Source: Candidatus Wukongarchaeum yapensis (GTDB lineage Archaea; Asgardarchaeota; Wukongarchaeia; Wukongarchaeales; Wukongarchaeaceae). From it: a DNA stretch of 9,650 bases. Positions within the stretch are counted from its first letter, which is position 1. Each line of letters starts with the position of its first letter. Below the pieces are notes generated by a model, which made no database searches, was not told the DNA's origin, and saw nothing but the letters and a program-made list of their open reading frames with translations. Below are positions 1 through 6,960 of this stretch, piece after piece. A program made the translations under genes and the position numbers. The stretch covers positions 1 to 9,650 of the forward strand of contig JAEOSI010000070.1 in assembly GCA_016840425.1 (NCBI GenBank). The letters run 5' to 3'.

Positions 1-1
1 A

Positions 2-175
2 ACCGAATTAGTGCCCGAAGGGGTCGAGATTCGCATCGTAGCGCCACCAGAGCGAAGATACAGCGTTTGGATAGGCGGTAGCATCTTATCTTCGCTTAAA
101 ACGTTCGGTAAGCTTTGGGTTAGTAGGAAAGAGTATTCTGAAGCCGGCTCAGCCGTTATACACCGTTGCTTCTAG
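2..175 (+). CDS. Actin, eukaryote-like (Asgard-type), 3' end only; 5' part lies outside the window
   Basis: Frame 2 reads [57 protein letters not shown], then TAG at 173-175. It has the actin signature [15 protein letters not shown], the downstream W..EY.E.G motif and terminal CF. By-hand comparison with the human beta-actin C-terminus (recalled from memory) gives 34/58 identities and one gap. Confidence 0.97.
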   Translation, partial: TELVPEGVEIRIVAPPERRYSVWIGGSILSSLKTFGKLWVSRKEYSEAGSAVIHRCF

Positions 176-218
176 GTCTATTTTTTTAAAATAGACTTCT
201 TTATTTTTTCTTTCAAGC
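176..218 (+). terminator. Hairpin plus T-rich tract directly after the actin stop
   Basis: gtctatttt (176-184), loop ttt, aaaatagac (188-196): a perfect 9-bp stem starting 1 nt after TAG. It is followed by ttctttattttttcttttc. Confidence 0.6.
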
Positions 219-463
219 CCTTTCCTTTTCTCTATTTTTTAGTTTATCTTTTCTGTATTTTTGAAGTTTTGAAGTTATTTAAGTCAGATTTTTTCTCTCT
301 TTTCTTTGAAAACGAATTATAAGTTATTCTAAAAGTTATTCTAAACTTCAATCAATTAAATATAGTTTGAATTAAAGGTTAGAAGAGTAGGTGTCAGGCT
401 CTCAAACCTTTTAAAAGAGGAAAAGAAACAGTTAGAAATCATATGTTATTTTTAAACAGATAA

Positions 464-486
464 AACCTGAAAACAGGTTCTTTTTT
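464..486 (+). terminator. Short hairpin followed by oligo-T (terminator-like)
   Basis: aacctg-aaaa-caggtt (464-479), then c and T6 (481-486). Confidence 0.35.
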
Positions 487-518
487 CATTCGAACGTCCA
501 TTCATCTTTATTCTCTGA

Positions 519-615
519 CATTCCCTTCAATATTGATCGAAGGGAATGCGACTGGAATACAGCTGAATCCCTCCCTCTCTCCACCCTCCTTGTTTACTGG
601 GGGGAGAAGGAAGGG
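519..615. other. Two adjacent stem-loops in the intergenic region (possible structured RNA or small element)
   Basis: Perfect 10-bp stem cattcccttc (519-528) / gaagggaatg (539-548). Imperfect stem of about 16 pairs between the pyrimidine tract 569-587 and the purine tract 599-615. Confidence 0.4.
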
Positions 616-649
616 TACTTCTTTTAAAAACACTTTTGATAGCTATACG

Positions 650-732
650 TTTTTGAAAAAAAGTCGTTCAAAAAAGTTTTATACGGGTTTCTTAAAGGGA
701 TTTAAGAACGTTTCACCATTTTTATGAGGGAC
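650..732 (+). promoter_or_regulatory. Putative archaeal promoter, operator and RBS of the beta-propeller gene
   Basis: 8-bp inverted repeat tttttgaa (650-657) / ttcaaaaa (667-674) next to an A-rich BRE-like run and TATA-like ttttatac (677-684). SD-like gaggga lies just upstream of the ATG at 738. Confidence 0.4.
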
Positions 733-737
733 GAAAA

Positions 738-2180
738 ATGGTTAGAAAGTGTTTTTTCAAAGTTTTTAACTGTTTAAAAAATATTCGAGGGATTTTCAAC
801 CGTAACAAGAGGTCGAAACAACTAGTTCTTACAGGGATTGTCTTGTTTGTTACTTTTTCACTTGCATTAATTGTACCATCAAAGATCACAGAAACTATAT
901 CGAACCATTTAAGCCAGAATCCTTCTGTAGTAGAGAAAGGAGAGAGAAGCAATAGTGATGAGTGGGAGATAGAGTGGGAATATTTTCATGAACGTGTTAT
1001 TGGCACAACTCATGCTAATTGGGTTGAAGAGACTTCAGATGGATATATTTTGGCAGGATATTCAAGAGGTTCTGTTTTAGACATTGATGGTATATTAGTA
1101 AAAGTTGATGAAAACGGTGAGAAAGAATGGAGTAAAGGTTATCCAGAAACTGGATTAGACGGTAGTAGATTCTATTGCGCAAAAGAAACCTCCGACGGAG
1201 GATATATTGCAACAGGTTCTAACGGTGAACTTTCTTTTGCCGGTGTTTATCTATGGCTGGTTAAGACCAATGCAAATGGTGAAAAGACCTGGTCACAAAC
1301 CTATGGAAAATCGATGACAAGTTCGACGGGTAGGTTTATTGATCAAGCTTCTACGGGTGGTTACATAGTAGTCGGAGATACTAAAGCTTACGGGGCTGGA
1401 GGTTATGATGTATGGATGATCAAAACTGATTCCAGCGGGGAAATTGATTGGAGTTACACCTACGGCAGTACAAAAGACGACTACGCTAGATGTGTAAAGA
1501 AGACTTCAGACGGAGGATACATAATAACAGGTTATTACACAACCTCTTCTGGAGACTATAACGTTTTCTTGCTTAAAATCGACAGAAACGGCAACTTTGT
1601 ATGGGACAACTATTGGGGAGGATTAGGAGATGATCAAGCAAAAAGTGTTGTTGAGACCAGTGATGGCGGATATTTAATAGCGGGAACTACAAGATCATAC
1701 GGATCTGGAGGAGATGACGTTTGGTTGATAAAGACTAACGCAAACGGTAACGAAGTTTGGAAAAAAACCTATGGAGGAACAGGTTCAGATTCGGGATCAT
1801 GCGTTGAAGAAACCGCAGATGGAGGATACATGATAACAGGTTCTACCAATTCATCAGGTTCAGGCGGTTTTGATGCTTGGTTGATTAAAACTTACGCAAA
1901 TGGATCTGAAGAGTGGAGCAAAACCTTCGGAAGTTCCGACGATGATTATGGTCGGTGTGTTCAACAGACAGAAGACGGAAATTACATAATTGCGGGAAAC
2001 AAAGGCGAAAAAGCTTGGTTGGCTAAAATATCTTACGGAGTTGGAGATGAAAATATTATTGAAAAATATTTGATAGATAATGAATTGGTTATGATTGGTT
2101 TAATTGGCTTGGCTGTCGGACTTATTGTATATTCAATAATCCGCAAAGGAAAACTTGAACCCGAAGAACTAGGAGAATAA
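738..2180 (+). CDS. Membrane-anchored cell-surface beta-propeller repeat protein (about 7 blades)
   Basis: Seven repeats of about 50 aa with consensus W..TYG...D....V..T.DGGY...G.......D.WL.KT..NG. There is a basic N-region plus hydrophobic segment (LVLTGIVLFVTFSLALIV) and a C-terminal TM helix (LVMIGLIGLAVGLIVYSII) followed by RKGK. Confidence 0.88.
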   Translation: MVRKCFFKVFNCLKNIRGIFNRNKRSKQLVLTGIVLFVTFSLALIVPSKITETISNHLSQNPSVVEKGERSNSDEWEIEWEYFHERVIGTTHANWVEETSDGYILAGYSRGSVLDIDGILVKVDENGEKEWSKGYPETGLDGSRFYCAKETSDGGYIATGSNGELSFAGVYLWLVKTNANGEKTWSQTYGKSMTSSTGRFIDQASTGGYIVVGDTKAYGAGGYDVWMIKTDSSGEIDWSYTYGSTKDDYARCVKKTSDGGYIITGYYTTSSGDYNVFLLKIDRNGNFVWDNYWGGLGDDQAKSVVETSDGGYLIAGTTRSYGSGGDDVWLIKTNANGNEVWKKTYGGTGSDSGSCVEETADGGYMITGSTNSSGSGGFDAWLIKTYANGSEEWSKTFGSSDDDYGRCVQQTEDGNYIIAGNKGEKAWLAKISYGVGDENIIEKYLIDNELVMIGLIGLAVGLIVYSIIRKGKLEPEELGE

Positions 2181-2280
2181 GAAAAAGAGGAAGTTTTTTC
2201 TCCCTTTCTTTTTTACTTTTTTAAAAGTGAATATTTGCAAGAATTGTTTTTCTTCCTTTTACACGTTATTCTTTCTTATT
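2181..2280. terminator. Termination region between convergent genes
   Basis: T tracts at 2194-2222 on the + strand after the beta-propeller stop, plus a small actttt/aaaagt dyad at 2215-2228. The TPR gene ends at 2281 on the opposite strand. Confidence 0.35.
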
Positions 2281-3000
2281 TTAGTGGTATTTGTATATAA
2301 AATCGAGTTCGGATTCGTTTTCGGGAGTTTTACAATGTTTTTTTGCATTTTTATACCAGAAATTTGCCTCATCTTCTCTTTCTAATAATTTGCAGATGAC
2401 GAGTATTCTTTTGCATGCTTTGTATTTTTCTTCTGTTTCTTTATAAGGTTCTATCTGTTTGACGTATCTTGCCATAAGGGTTGTTACTAAGTATGGTAAG
2501 ATCTCGAAAATCGTCTCTTTCCTGTCACTGTAAGCGAGGGCTTTAAGCAAACAGTCAGCGTATGCTTCATAATCTTCTTCTTCAATATATAAAAGTCCGA
2601 GATGAGCCCAAGCAGGCCCGTTTTCAGGATCGATTTCTAAAGCCTTTTCAACATGTTTTTCTGCTTCAGGATATCTTTCGGTTCCTATCTGTAAAAGGAG
2701 ACCTGCATAGTTGCTGTGAATTTCTGAGCTTTCGGGGTTTAGTTTTAAAGCCTTCTTGAAGTGTTTTTCAGATTCTGCGTATCTTTCTTCCCCCATTTTT
2801 TCTAAGAGGAATAGAGCGTAACCGTTATGGAACCGTTCTCTTTCAGGGTTTATTCTTAAAGCTTCTTTAAAGTGATACTCGGCTAGTTTATATTTTTCCC
2901 ATCCTTTTTCAGAGAGCAAACATGCGTAGTGGTAGTGGGCATAAGCCATTTCGGGATTTAGTTTCAAAGCTTTTTTGAAGTGTTTTTCTTGGGTTTTCAC
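2281..3000 (-). CDS. Tetratricopeptide repeat (TPR) protein
   Basis: Repeats EKHFKKALKLNPE..AHYHYA, EYHFKEALRINPE..FHNGYA, EKHFKKALKLNPE..IHSNYA and EKHVEKALEIDPEN..AWAHLG, spaced 36-37 aa apart. GTG start with purine-rich aggag upstream. Confidence 0.9.
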   Translation of the reverse strand: MKTQEKHFKKALKLNPEMAYAHYHYACLLSEKGWEKYKLAEYHFKEALRINPERERFHNGYALFLLEKMGEERYAESEKHFKKALKLNPESSEIHSNYAGLLLQIGTERYPEAEKHVEKALEIDPENGPAWAHLGLLYIEEEDYEAYADCLLKALAYSDRKETIFEILPYLVTTLMARYVKQIEPYKETEEKYKACKRILVICKLLEREDEANFWYKNAKKHCKTPENESELDFIYKYH

Positions 3001-3059
3001 CCTTTTTTTCTCCTCTTTTGTCCATATGTCAGGATAAAGCGTCCCCTTTTTTTCTCTCT

Positions 3060-4085
3060 CTACGTTGCGAGTATTATTAGTTCTCCTTCTTCTTCAAGAA
3101 TTTCGTTTAATGAGTTTTTAAGCCTTTTAACGGTTTTTTTCAAAGCTGTTGCTTCAGCTGGCGTGGAGACAAAATGTTTAATGTAGGCGTACTCTTTCCC
3201 AGTGATTTTTGTTGCAAGGGCGAGCAAGGCTCTGATTTTTCTTTCTACTTTTCCGTTTCTGCAGATGAACCCTGGTTTTCCGTAGTTTTTTAAGAATGCT
3301 TCTTTTAGTTTTTCTGCAACTGTTAAAGTTTCTTCTTCTATTTTATACTCGTGTGTGAATTGGTTGAATGTCTCGTTAAATTTTTCAATAGTGTTTTGGT
3401 ATTTTATTTCCCTTGGGAAATGGGGGATTTTTTTCAGGTGTTTCTTTACTCTCTTGTAGGTGAGGGTGCATCCTAGATATTCTGAGATTTCTGCCCACCA
3501 TTTTTCGTCGTGAACCCTCAACGTTCTTTTTATGCGGAACAGGTTTTCTTCTATTTTTGCAAGGAATATTTCCACGTTTTGTGAATTGTTACGTTTTACG
3601 TAGCTTCCTCTGTATCTTTCACTTTGCATACAGTCGTAGAGAGCCCGTTCTACGATGCCTTTCGGGAAAAACATCGTCATTTTCCGAGCTATTTTTATGA
3701 AGGATCTTTTTGCTGACAGAGGAGGTGTTTTTTTTGTCTTGGTTTTGGTGGTGGTGGTTGTTGTTTTTGATCTGTTTATTTGGTCGTCTTTTGCAATGAG
3801 GTTGTGTAAACGCCTTAATTTTTTAAATTCTGCTTCTTTTTCAACGTTTTTCCCGCTCCATGGGCGGCACTTGCTTATTATACTGCCTAAAAATTCTGCG
3901 TTTTCAAGGACAAAACATTGAGTTTCTACGTCTTTTAGTTGGAAGGTTGCGTGGGGTCTTACTCCAACTGTTTTGTATATCCCCCTCCAGTATCCCGTTT
4001 TTATTCGGTTTATGTTCTGGGATAAAGGGCTTGTAATCTCTCTTCTTTTTTGCCGCATATTTTTTAAGACTTGTACGGAGTACAT
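3060..4085 (-). CDS. Highly divergent TFB/TFIIB-like protein (cyclin-fold core, no zinc ribbon)
   Basis: Colinear by-eye similarity to archaeal TFB: FKKLRRLH ~ YRLRKWQ; FPKGIVERA ~ LPRHVEEEA; AEISEYLG..TYKRVKKHL ~ DEIADIAR..SYRFIARNL; FNQFTHEYKIEEETLTVAEKL ~ VNKFADELGLSEKVRRRAIEI; ALLALATKITGKE ~ AALYIASLLEGEK; EATALKKTVKRLKNSL ~ EVTVRNRYKELVEKL. The ORF looks real (341 aa); the family call is tentative. Confidence 0.55.
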   Translation of the reverse strand: MYSVQVLKNMRQKRREITSPLSQNINRIKTGYWRGIYKTVGVRPHATFQLKDVETQCFVLENAEFLGSIISKCRPWSGKNVEKEAEFKKLRRLHNLIAKDDQINRSKTTTTTTKTKTKKTPPLSAKRSFIKIARKMTMFFPKGIVERALYDCMQSERYRGSYVKRNNSQNVEIFLAKIEENLFRIKRTLRVHDEKWWAEISEYLGCTLTYKRVKKHLKKIPHFPREIKYQNTIEKFNETFNQFTHEYKIEEETLTVAEKLKEAFLKNYGKPGFICRNGKVERKIRALLALATKITGKEYAYIKHFVSTPAEATALKKTVKRLKNSLNEILEEEGELIILAT

Positions 4086-4141
4086 TTTTCAAAAACCTGC
4101 TTACGAAAAAATGACGCCTTTAACCGCAAGGGCAAAACGGG

Positions 4142-4155
4142 ACTTATATATAAGT
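4142..4155. promoter_or_regulatory. Palindromic TATA box, probably the promoter of the TFB-like/TPR pair
   Basis: acttatatataagt is a perfect 14-bp palindrome with purine-rich BRE-like flanks on both strands, about 55 nt upstream of the ATG at 4085. Confidence 0.6.
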
Positions 4156-4511
4156 TCCCTCCTTTTTGAAAAAACGATTTTCTAAAGATGATTTTATAAT
4201 TTTAAACTTAAAAACTGATGATTTTCATTTATAAGGTATTTTTAACTTTAAGCCTGTTTTTAAGGTTTTTAAAATCATTATCTTATCATTTAAAGCGCCT
4301 TGATATTTGACCAAATTGTTTATTTGTGAAAATTGTTCACTTTTCACGATTTTATTTTGTCACGAAAAATTCTCCCCGCCCCACTAGGTGAAAACCTTGT
4401 AAAACTTTTTAGAACGCTTTTTGCCTTGAAAACCACTCTCTTTTTCAGTTTTTATTTACGCAAAACTTTCTTTATTAAAAGCGTCCTCTTAGGCTAACCG
4501 AAGGAGTTTTG

Positions 4512-4667
4512 GTGATTATTAGGGAAAGAAAAAAAGAGCAATCAGAATGGGGAGCAGCATGGCAAACCCTCCTCCTAATCCTGGAAGAAATGTCCCTCAC
4601 CATCACCAAGAAAAAAGAAAGCAGTCTGCTAGAAGGTCTAGAAAAACTAAAAAAAGAAAAAGAATAA
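4512..4667 (+). CDS. Small hypothetical protein, 51 aa (not in ORF track)
   Basis: GTG at 4512 with SD-like aaggag at 4501-4506 and TATA-like tttattaaa at 4471-4479. Translates as MIIRERKKEQSEWGAAWQTLLLILEEMSLTITKKKESSLLEGLEKLKKEKE. Its TAA at 4665-4667 ends 11 nt from the convergent 85-aa ORF. Confidence 0.5.
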   Translation: MIIRERKKEQSEWGAAWQTLLLILEEMSLTITKKKESSLLEGLEKLKKEKE

Positions 4668-4678
4668 TTAAGAAGTGT

Positions 4679-4936
4679 TTATTTTTCTTCCATTTTTATT
4701 TTGTTTATTGTTCTTAGGCAGCTGGCTTCATAGTTATATCGTTCTTGTTCCAAGAGATTTGCGACTCTTTCCTTGAGAGTCGGGAAGAGGTTCTCCTTTC
4801 TCTCCTTTTTTAGGGCTTTGTAGAGGAATTTGGCCGCAAATTGAGGATCGTTGCAAGCCATTATGAAGGTAAAGTGTATGATCGTTTTCTCACCTTTGTA
4901 GATTTCACTTTTATCTTTATACTCGTTATCAACCAA
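4679..4936 (-). CDS. Small hypothetical protein, 85 aa
   Basis: TTG start with SD-like ggagggag just upstream (4941-4948). Charged, helical-looking composition; no recognised family. Confidence 0.6.
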   Translation of the reverse strand: MVDNEYKDKSEIYKGEKTIIHFTFIMACNDPQFAAKFLYKALKKERKENLFPTLKERVANLLEQERYNYEASCLRTINKIKMEEK

Positions 4937-4980
4937 TTTTCTCCCTCCAAAGCCCGTCGGGAGTAAGACTTCCTTCTACA

Positions 4981-5019
4981 ATTAATTATACGAATTAATC
5001 CTACTAAAATGATTTAGTA
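4981..5019. promoter_or_regulatory. Two adjacent 7-bp dyads upstream of the 85-aa gene (operator-like)
   Basis: attaatt-N5-aattaat (4981-4999) and tactaaa-N4-tttagta (5002-5019). A minus-strand TATA-like tataatta (4983-4990) overlaps the first. Confidence 0.35.
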
Positions 5020-5064
5020 AAAAGATCCGCAGATATCAAAAACTATTCCCGAAAACGGTTGAGT

Positions 5065-5226
5065 TTATTCGTCTATGTAAACCCCTGCTTTCGATAAGAT
5101 TTCTAACGCTCTGAGAATTGCGCCAGACCAACCGCCACCGGCTTTAAGTGTTCCTCCCCAACCAAAAGGCAAATGTTTCCTAGCTTGCACAGAAACAAGA
5201 TCATCATTCTTAGCAATGTAGCTCAT
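5065..5226 (-). CDS. Possible small hypothetical protein, 53 aa (not in ORF track)
   Basis: ATG at 5226 gives MSYIAKNDDLVSVQARKHLPFGWGGTLKAGGGWSGAILRALEILSKAGVYIDE, TAA at 5065-5067. It is higher in GC than its flanks but has no clear SD. The frame stays open upstream into the left repeat arm without a further start codon. Confidence 0.35.
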   Translation of the reverse strand: MSYIAKNDDLVSVQARKHLPFGWGGTLKAGGGWSGAILRALEILSKAGVYIDE

Positions 5227-5305
5227 GAATAATAACCGTAAATCGTCTTTTGTAGCTTTTTTATGTCGACATTTTTCGACCTTCGACCCAGTTTTCTGGG
5301 GTTTT

Positions 5306-5475
5306 TCTGGAATATCTTTCCGGGTTACTTCAACTTACATAAACCCCCTAAAATAAAGCTATACAGCTTTTCAGTTTTTTTGAAGCCAGGTTACTTGAAC
5401 CCCTATAAACCCCCTAAAATAAAGTTATACAGCTTTTCAGTTTTTAAGTAAGTAACACAAACAGTTTTCTGGAAA
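5306..5475 (+). repeat. Left arm of a 170-bp inverted repeat; contains two tandem 66-bp units (5321-5386, 5387-5452)
   Basis: ttactt recurs at 5325 and 5391, and ataaaccccctaaaataaag at 5339 and 5405 (period 66). Ungapped match to the reverse complement of 6961-7130, 28 mismatches in 170. Confidence 0.95.
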
Positions 5476-5578
5476 TTAATAAAAATCATTTCCAAATATT
5501 GATGATAATGATACTTGAGGAAAAACTAAAACATTACATTCGTTATGTGTAATCTTTCGTTTTTTAGGGGTTTTATCC

Positions 5579-6877
5579 ATGGGTAAATCTAAAGATAACT
5601 CAGCTAAAAGGAAAAATGATCCATCTGAAAAAGTAGAGGAATTAATCAAGGTTTTAAGAGAAGGTAAGTTCGAACTTCGGGTGAAAGCGGCAAAAAACCT
5701 CGGAGAAATAGGAGATCCGAGGGCTATTGATCCTCTTGTTAAAACGATGAAGGAAGTTGAGGAAAATTTAGAGTTAGTCGGTGGATTTGATGATGATCTT
5801 GAAAGATTTTTAAACAGTCTAAGATGGGCTCTTAGCCATATTAGGGGTCCGAAAGCAATTGCGCCTCTGATTAAAGTTTTTAAAACTACAGACGGTAATA
5901 TTCAAGTAGCAGCATCAGATGCCCTTGCAAGGATAGGAAAACCAGCAGTTGAACCTCTTATCAAATTATTAAATCACAAAGAGTTCTATGTTCGATGGCA
6001 AGCAGTAAGAGCCCTTCAAAATATAGGAGACAAGAGGGCTTTTGAACCCCTACTAAAAGCTTTGAATGATGAAAATGGCGAAGTTAGATGGAAAGCTGCA
6101 GAAACTCTTGGAAAAATGAGGGATAAAAAGGCTGCTGATCATCTCATAAAAGCTTTAGAAGATGAAGATGAAAGAGTTCGAATGAATGCAATGATGGCTC
6201 TTTTCGAGATAGGTGATACAAGGGCGGTTGAACCTCTCATCCGTATGGTGAAAGGGGAACTTGTTTCACCACTTTGGCATGATGGATATTTTCACCATGA
6301 AGCAATAGAAGCCCTTGGAAAGATGAGGGCTAAGAAAGCAGTTGAACCCTTGATCCAAGCTTTAGATGATTCAGAAACAAATGTCCGAACTAGAGCAGCA
6401 GAAGCTTTGGGGATGATCAAGGACCCAAGGGCAGTAGAACCCCTAATAGAACATCTATCAAAGTGGCCTGAAGGAAGCGATGCAGCGTGGGCTCTCGGCG
6501 AGATAGGGGATGAGAGGGCAGTAGAACACCTCACCCAAGCTCTAAAAGATGATTCTGCTCCAGTCCGAAGGCAATCAGCAGAGGCTCTTGACAAACTAGG
6601 GGGGAAACCTGGAGACGACACGGAAAAAGTCCACTACTTATTTGCGAAAAAACAGTGGGACGAACTAGTTCGATTCGGAAAACTGGCAGTAGAACCACTG
6701 ATTAAGGCTTTAAAAGATAGAGACGATAAAGTTGTAGAAAAAGCAGCATGGGCACTCGGCGAGATAGGGGATGAGAGGGCAGTTGGACCTCTTCGCCAAA
6801 CCTGTAAGCGTAGTCCTATGAATATTAAAACCGCCGCTCGAGTGGCATTAGAGAAGATAGAGAAAAAGAAAAATTAA
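5579..6877 (+). CDS. HEAT repeat protein (PBS lyase HEAT-like)
   Basis: About 11-12 repeats of type VEPLIKAL.D....VR..AA.ALG.IGD.RA throughout the 432 aa. No signal peptide or TM segment. Confidence 0.93.
   Translation: MGKSKDNSAKRKNDPSEKVEELIKVLREGKFELRVKAAKNLGEIGDPRAIDPLVKTMKEVEENLELVGGFDDDLERFLNSLRWALSHIRGPKAIAPLIKVFKTTDGNIQVAASDALARIGKPAVEPLIKLLNHKEFYVRWQAVRALQNIGDKRAFEPLLKALNDENGEVRWKAAETLGKMRDKKAADHLIKALEDEDERVRMNAMMALFEIGDTRAVEPLIRMVKGELVSPLWHDGYFHHEAIEALGKMRAKKAVEPLIQALDDSETNVRTRAAEALGMIKDPRAVEPLIEHLSKWPEGSDAAWALGEIGDERAVEHLTQALKDDSAPVRRQSAEALDKLGGKPGDDTEKVHYLFAKKQWDELVRFGKLAVEPLIKALKDRDDKVVEKAAWALGEIGDERAVGPLRQTCKRSPMNIKTAARVALEKIEKKKN
6482..6783 (+). repeat. Intragenic near-identical duplication in the HEAT gene
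   Basis: 6482-6522 and 6743-6783 match at 39/41 nt, including the exact 29-mer ctcggcgagataggggatgagagggcagt. Offset 261 nt (87 codons); encodes AAWALGEIGDERAV. Confidence 0.9.
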
Positions 6878-6960
6878 GTACTTCACGAGGGAAGGATGTA
6901 AAGGTTTTCCCAATTGATGAAAAAAATAGATATTTTGTAGCGACTAAAATTTTTTCCTTC

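Noticed and set aside
533-727. 64-aa ORF in the track
   Set aside because: Runs through two stem-loops and the likely promoter of the next gene; no RBS and no protein-like pattern.
5263-5451. 62-aa ORF with a duplicated peptide (KPPKIKLYSFSVF x2); the same frame is open in the right arm
   Set aside because: It is the translation of the 66-bp repeat. Arm-to-arm changes are mostly non-synonymous, and the right-arm frame has a stop immediately upstream of the arm.
5321-5452. Tandem units as a mini CRISPR array
   Set aside because: Only two units per arm, an 8-nt variable part rather than 30-40-nt unique spacers, and no cas genes.
5289-5472. 11-bp direct repeat cagttttctgg (5289-5299, 5462-5472) as a target-site duplication of the left arm
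   Set aside because: The second copy lies inside the region homologous to the right arm, and the right arm has no equivalent flanking duplication.
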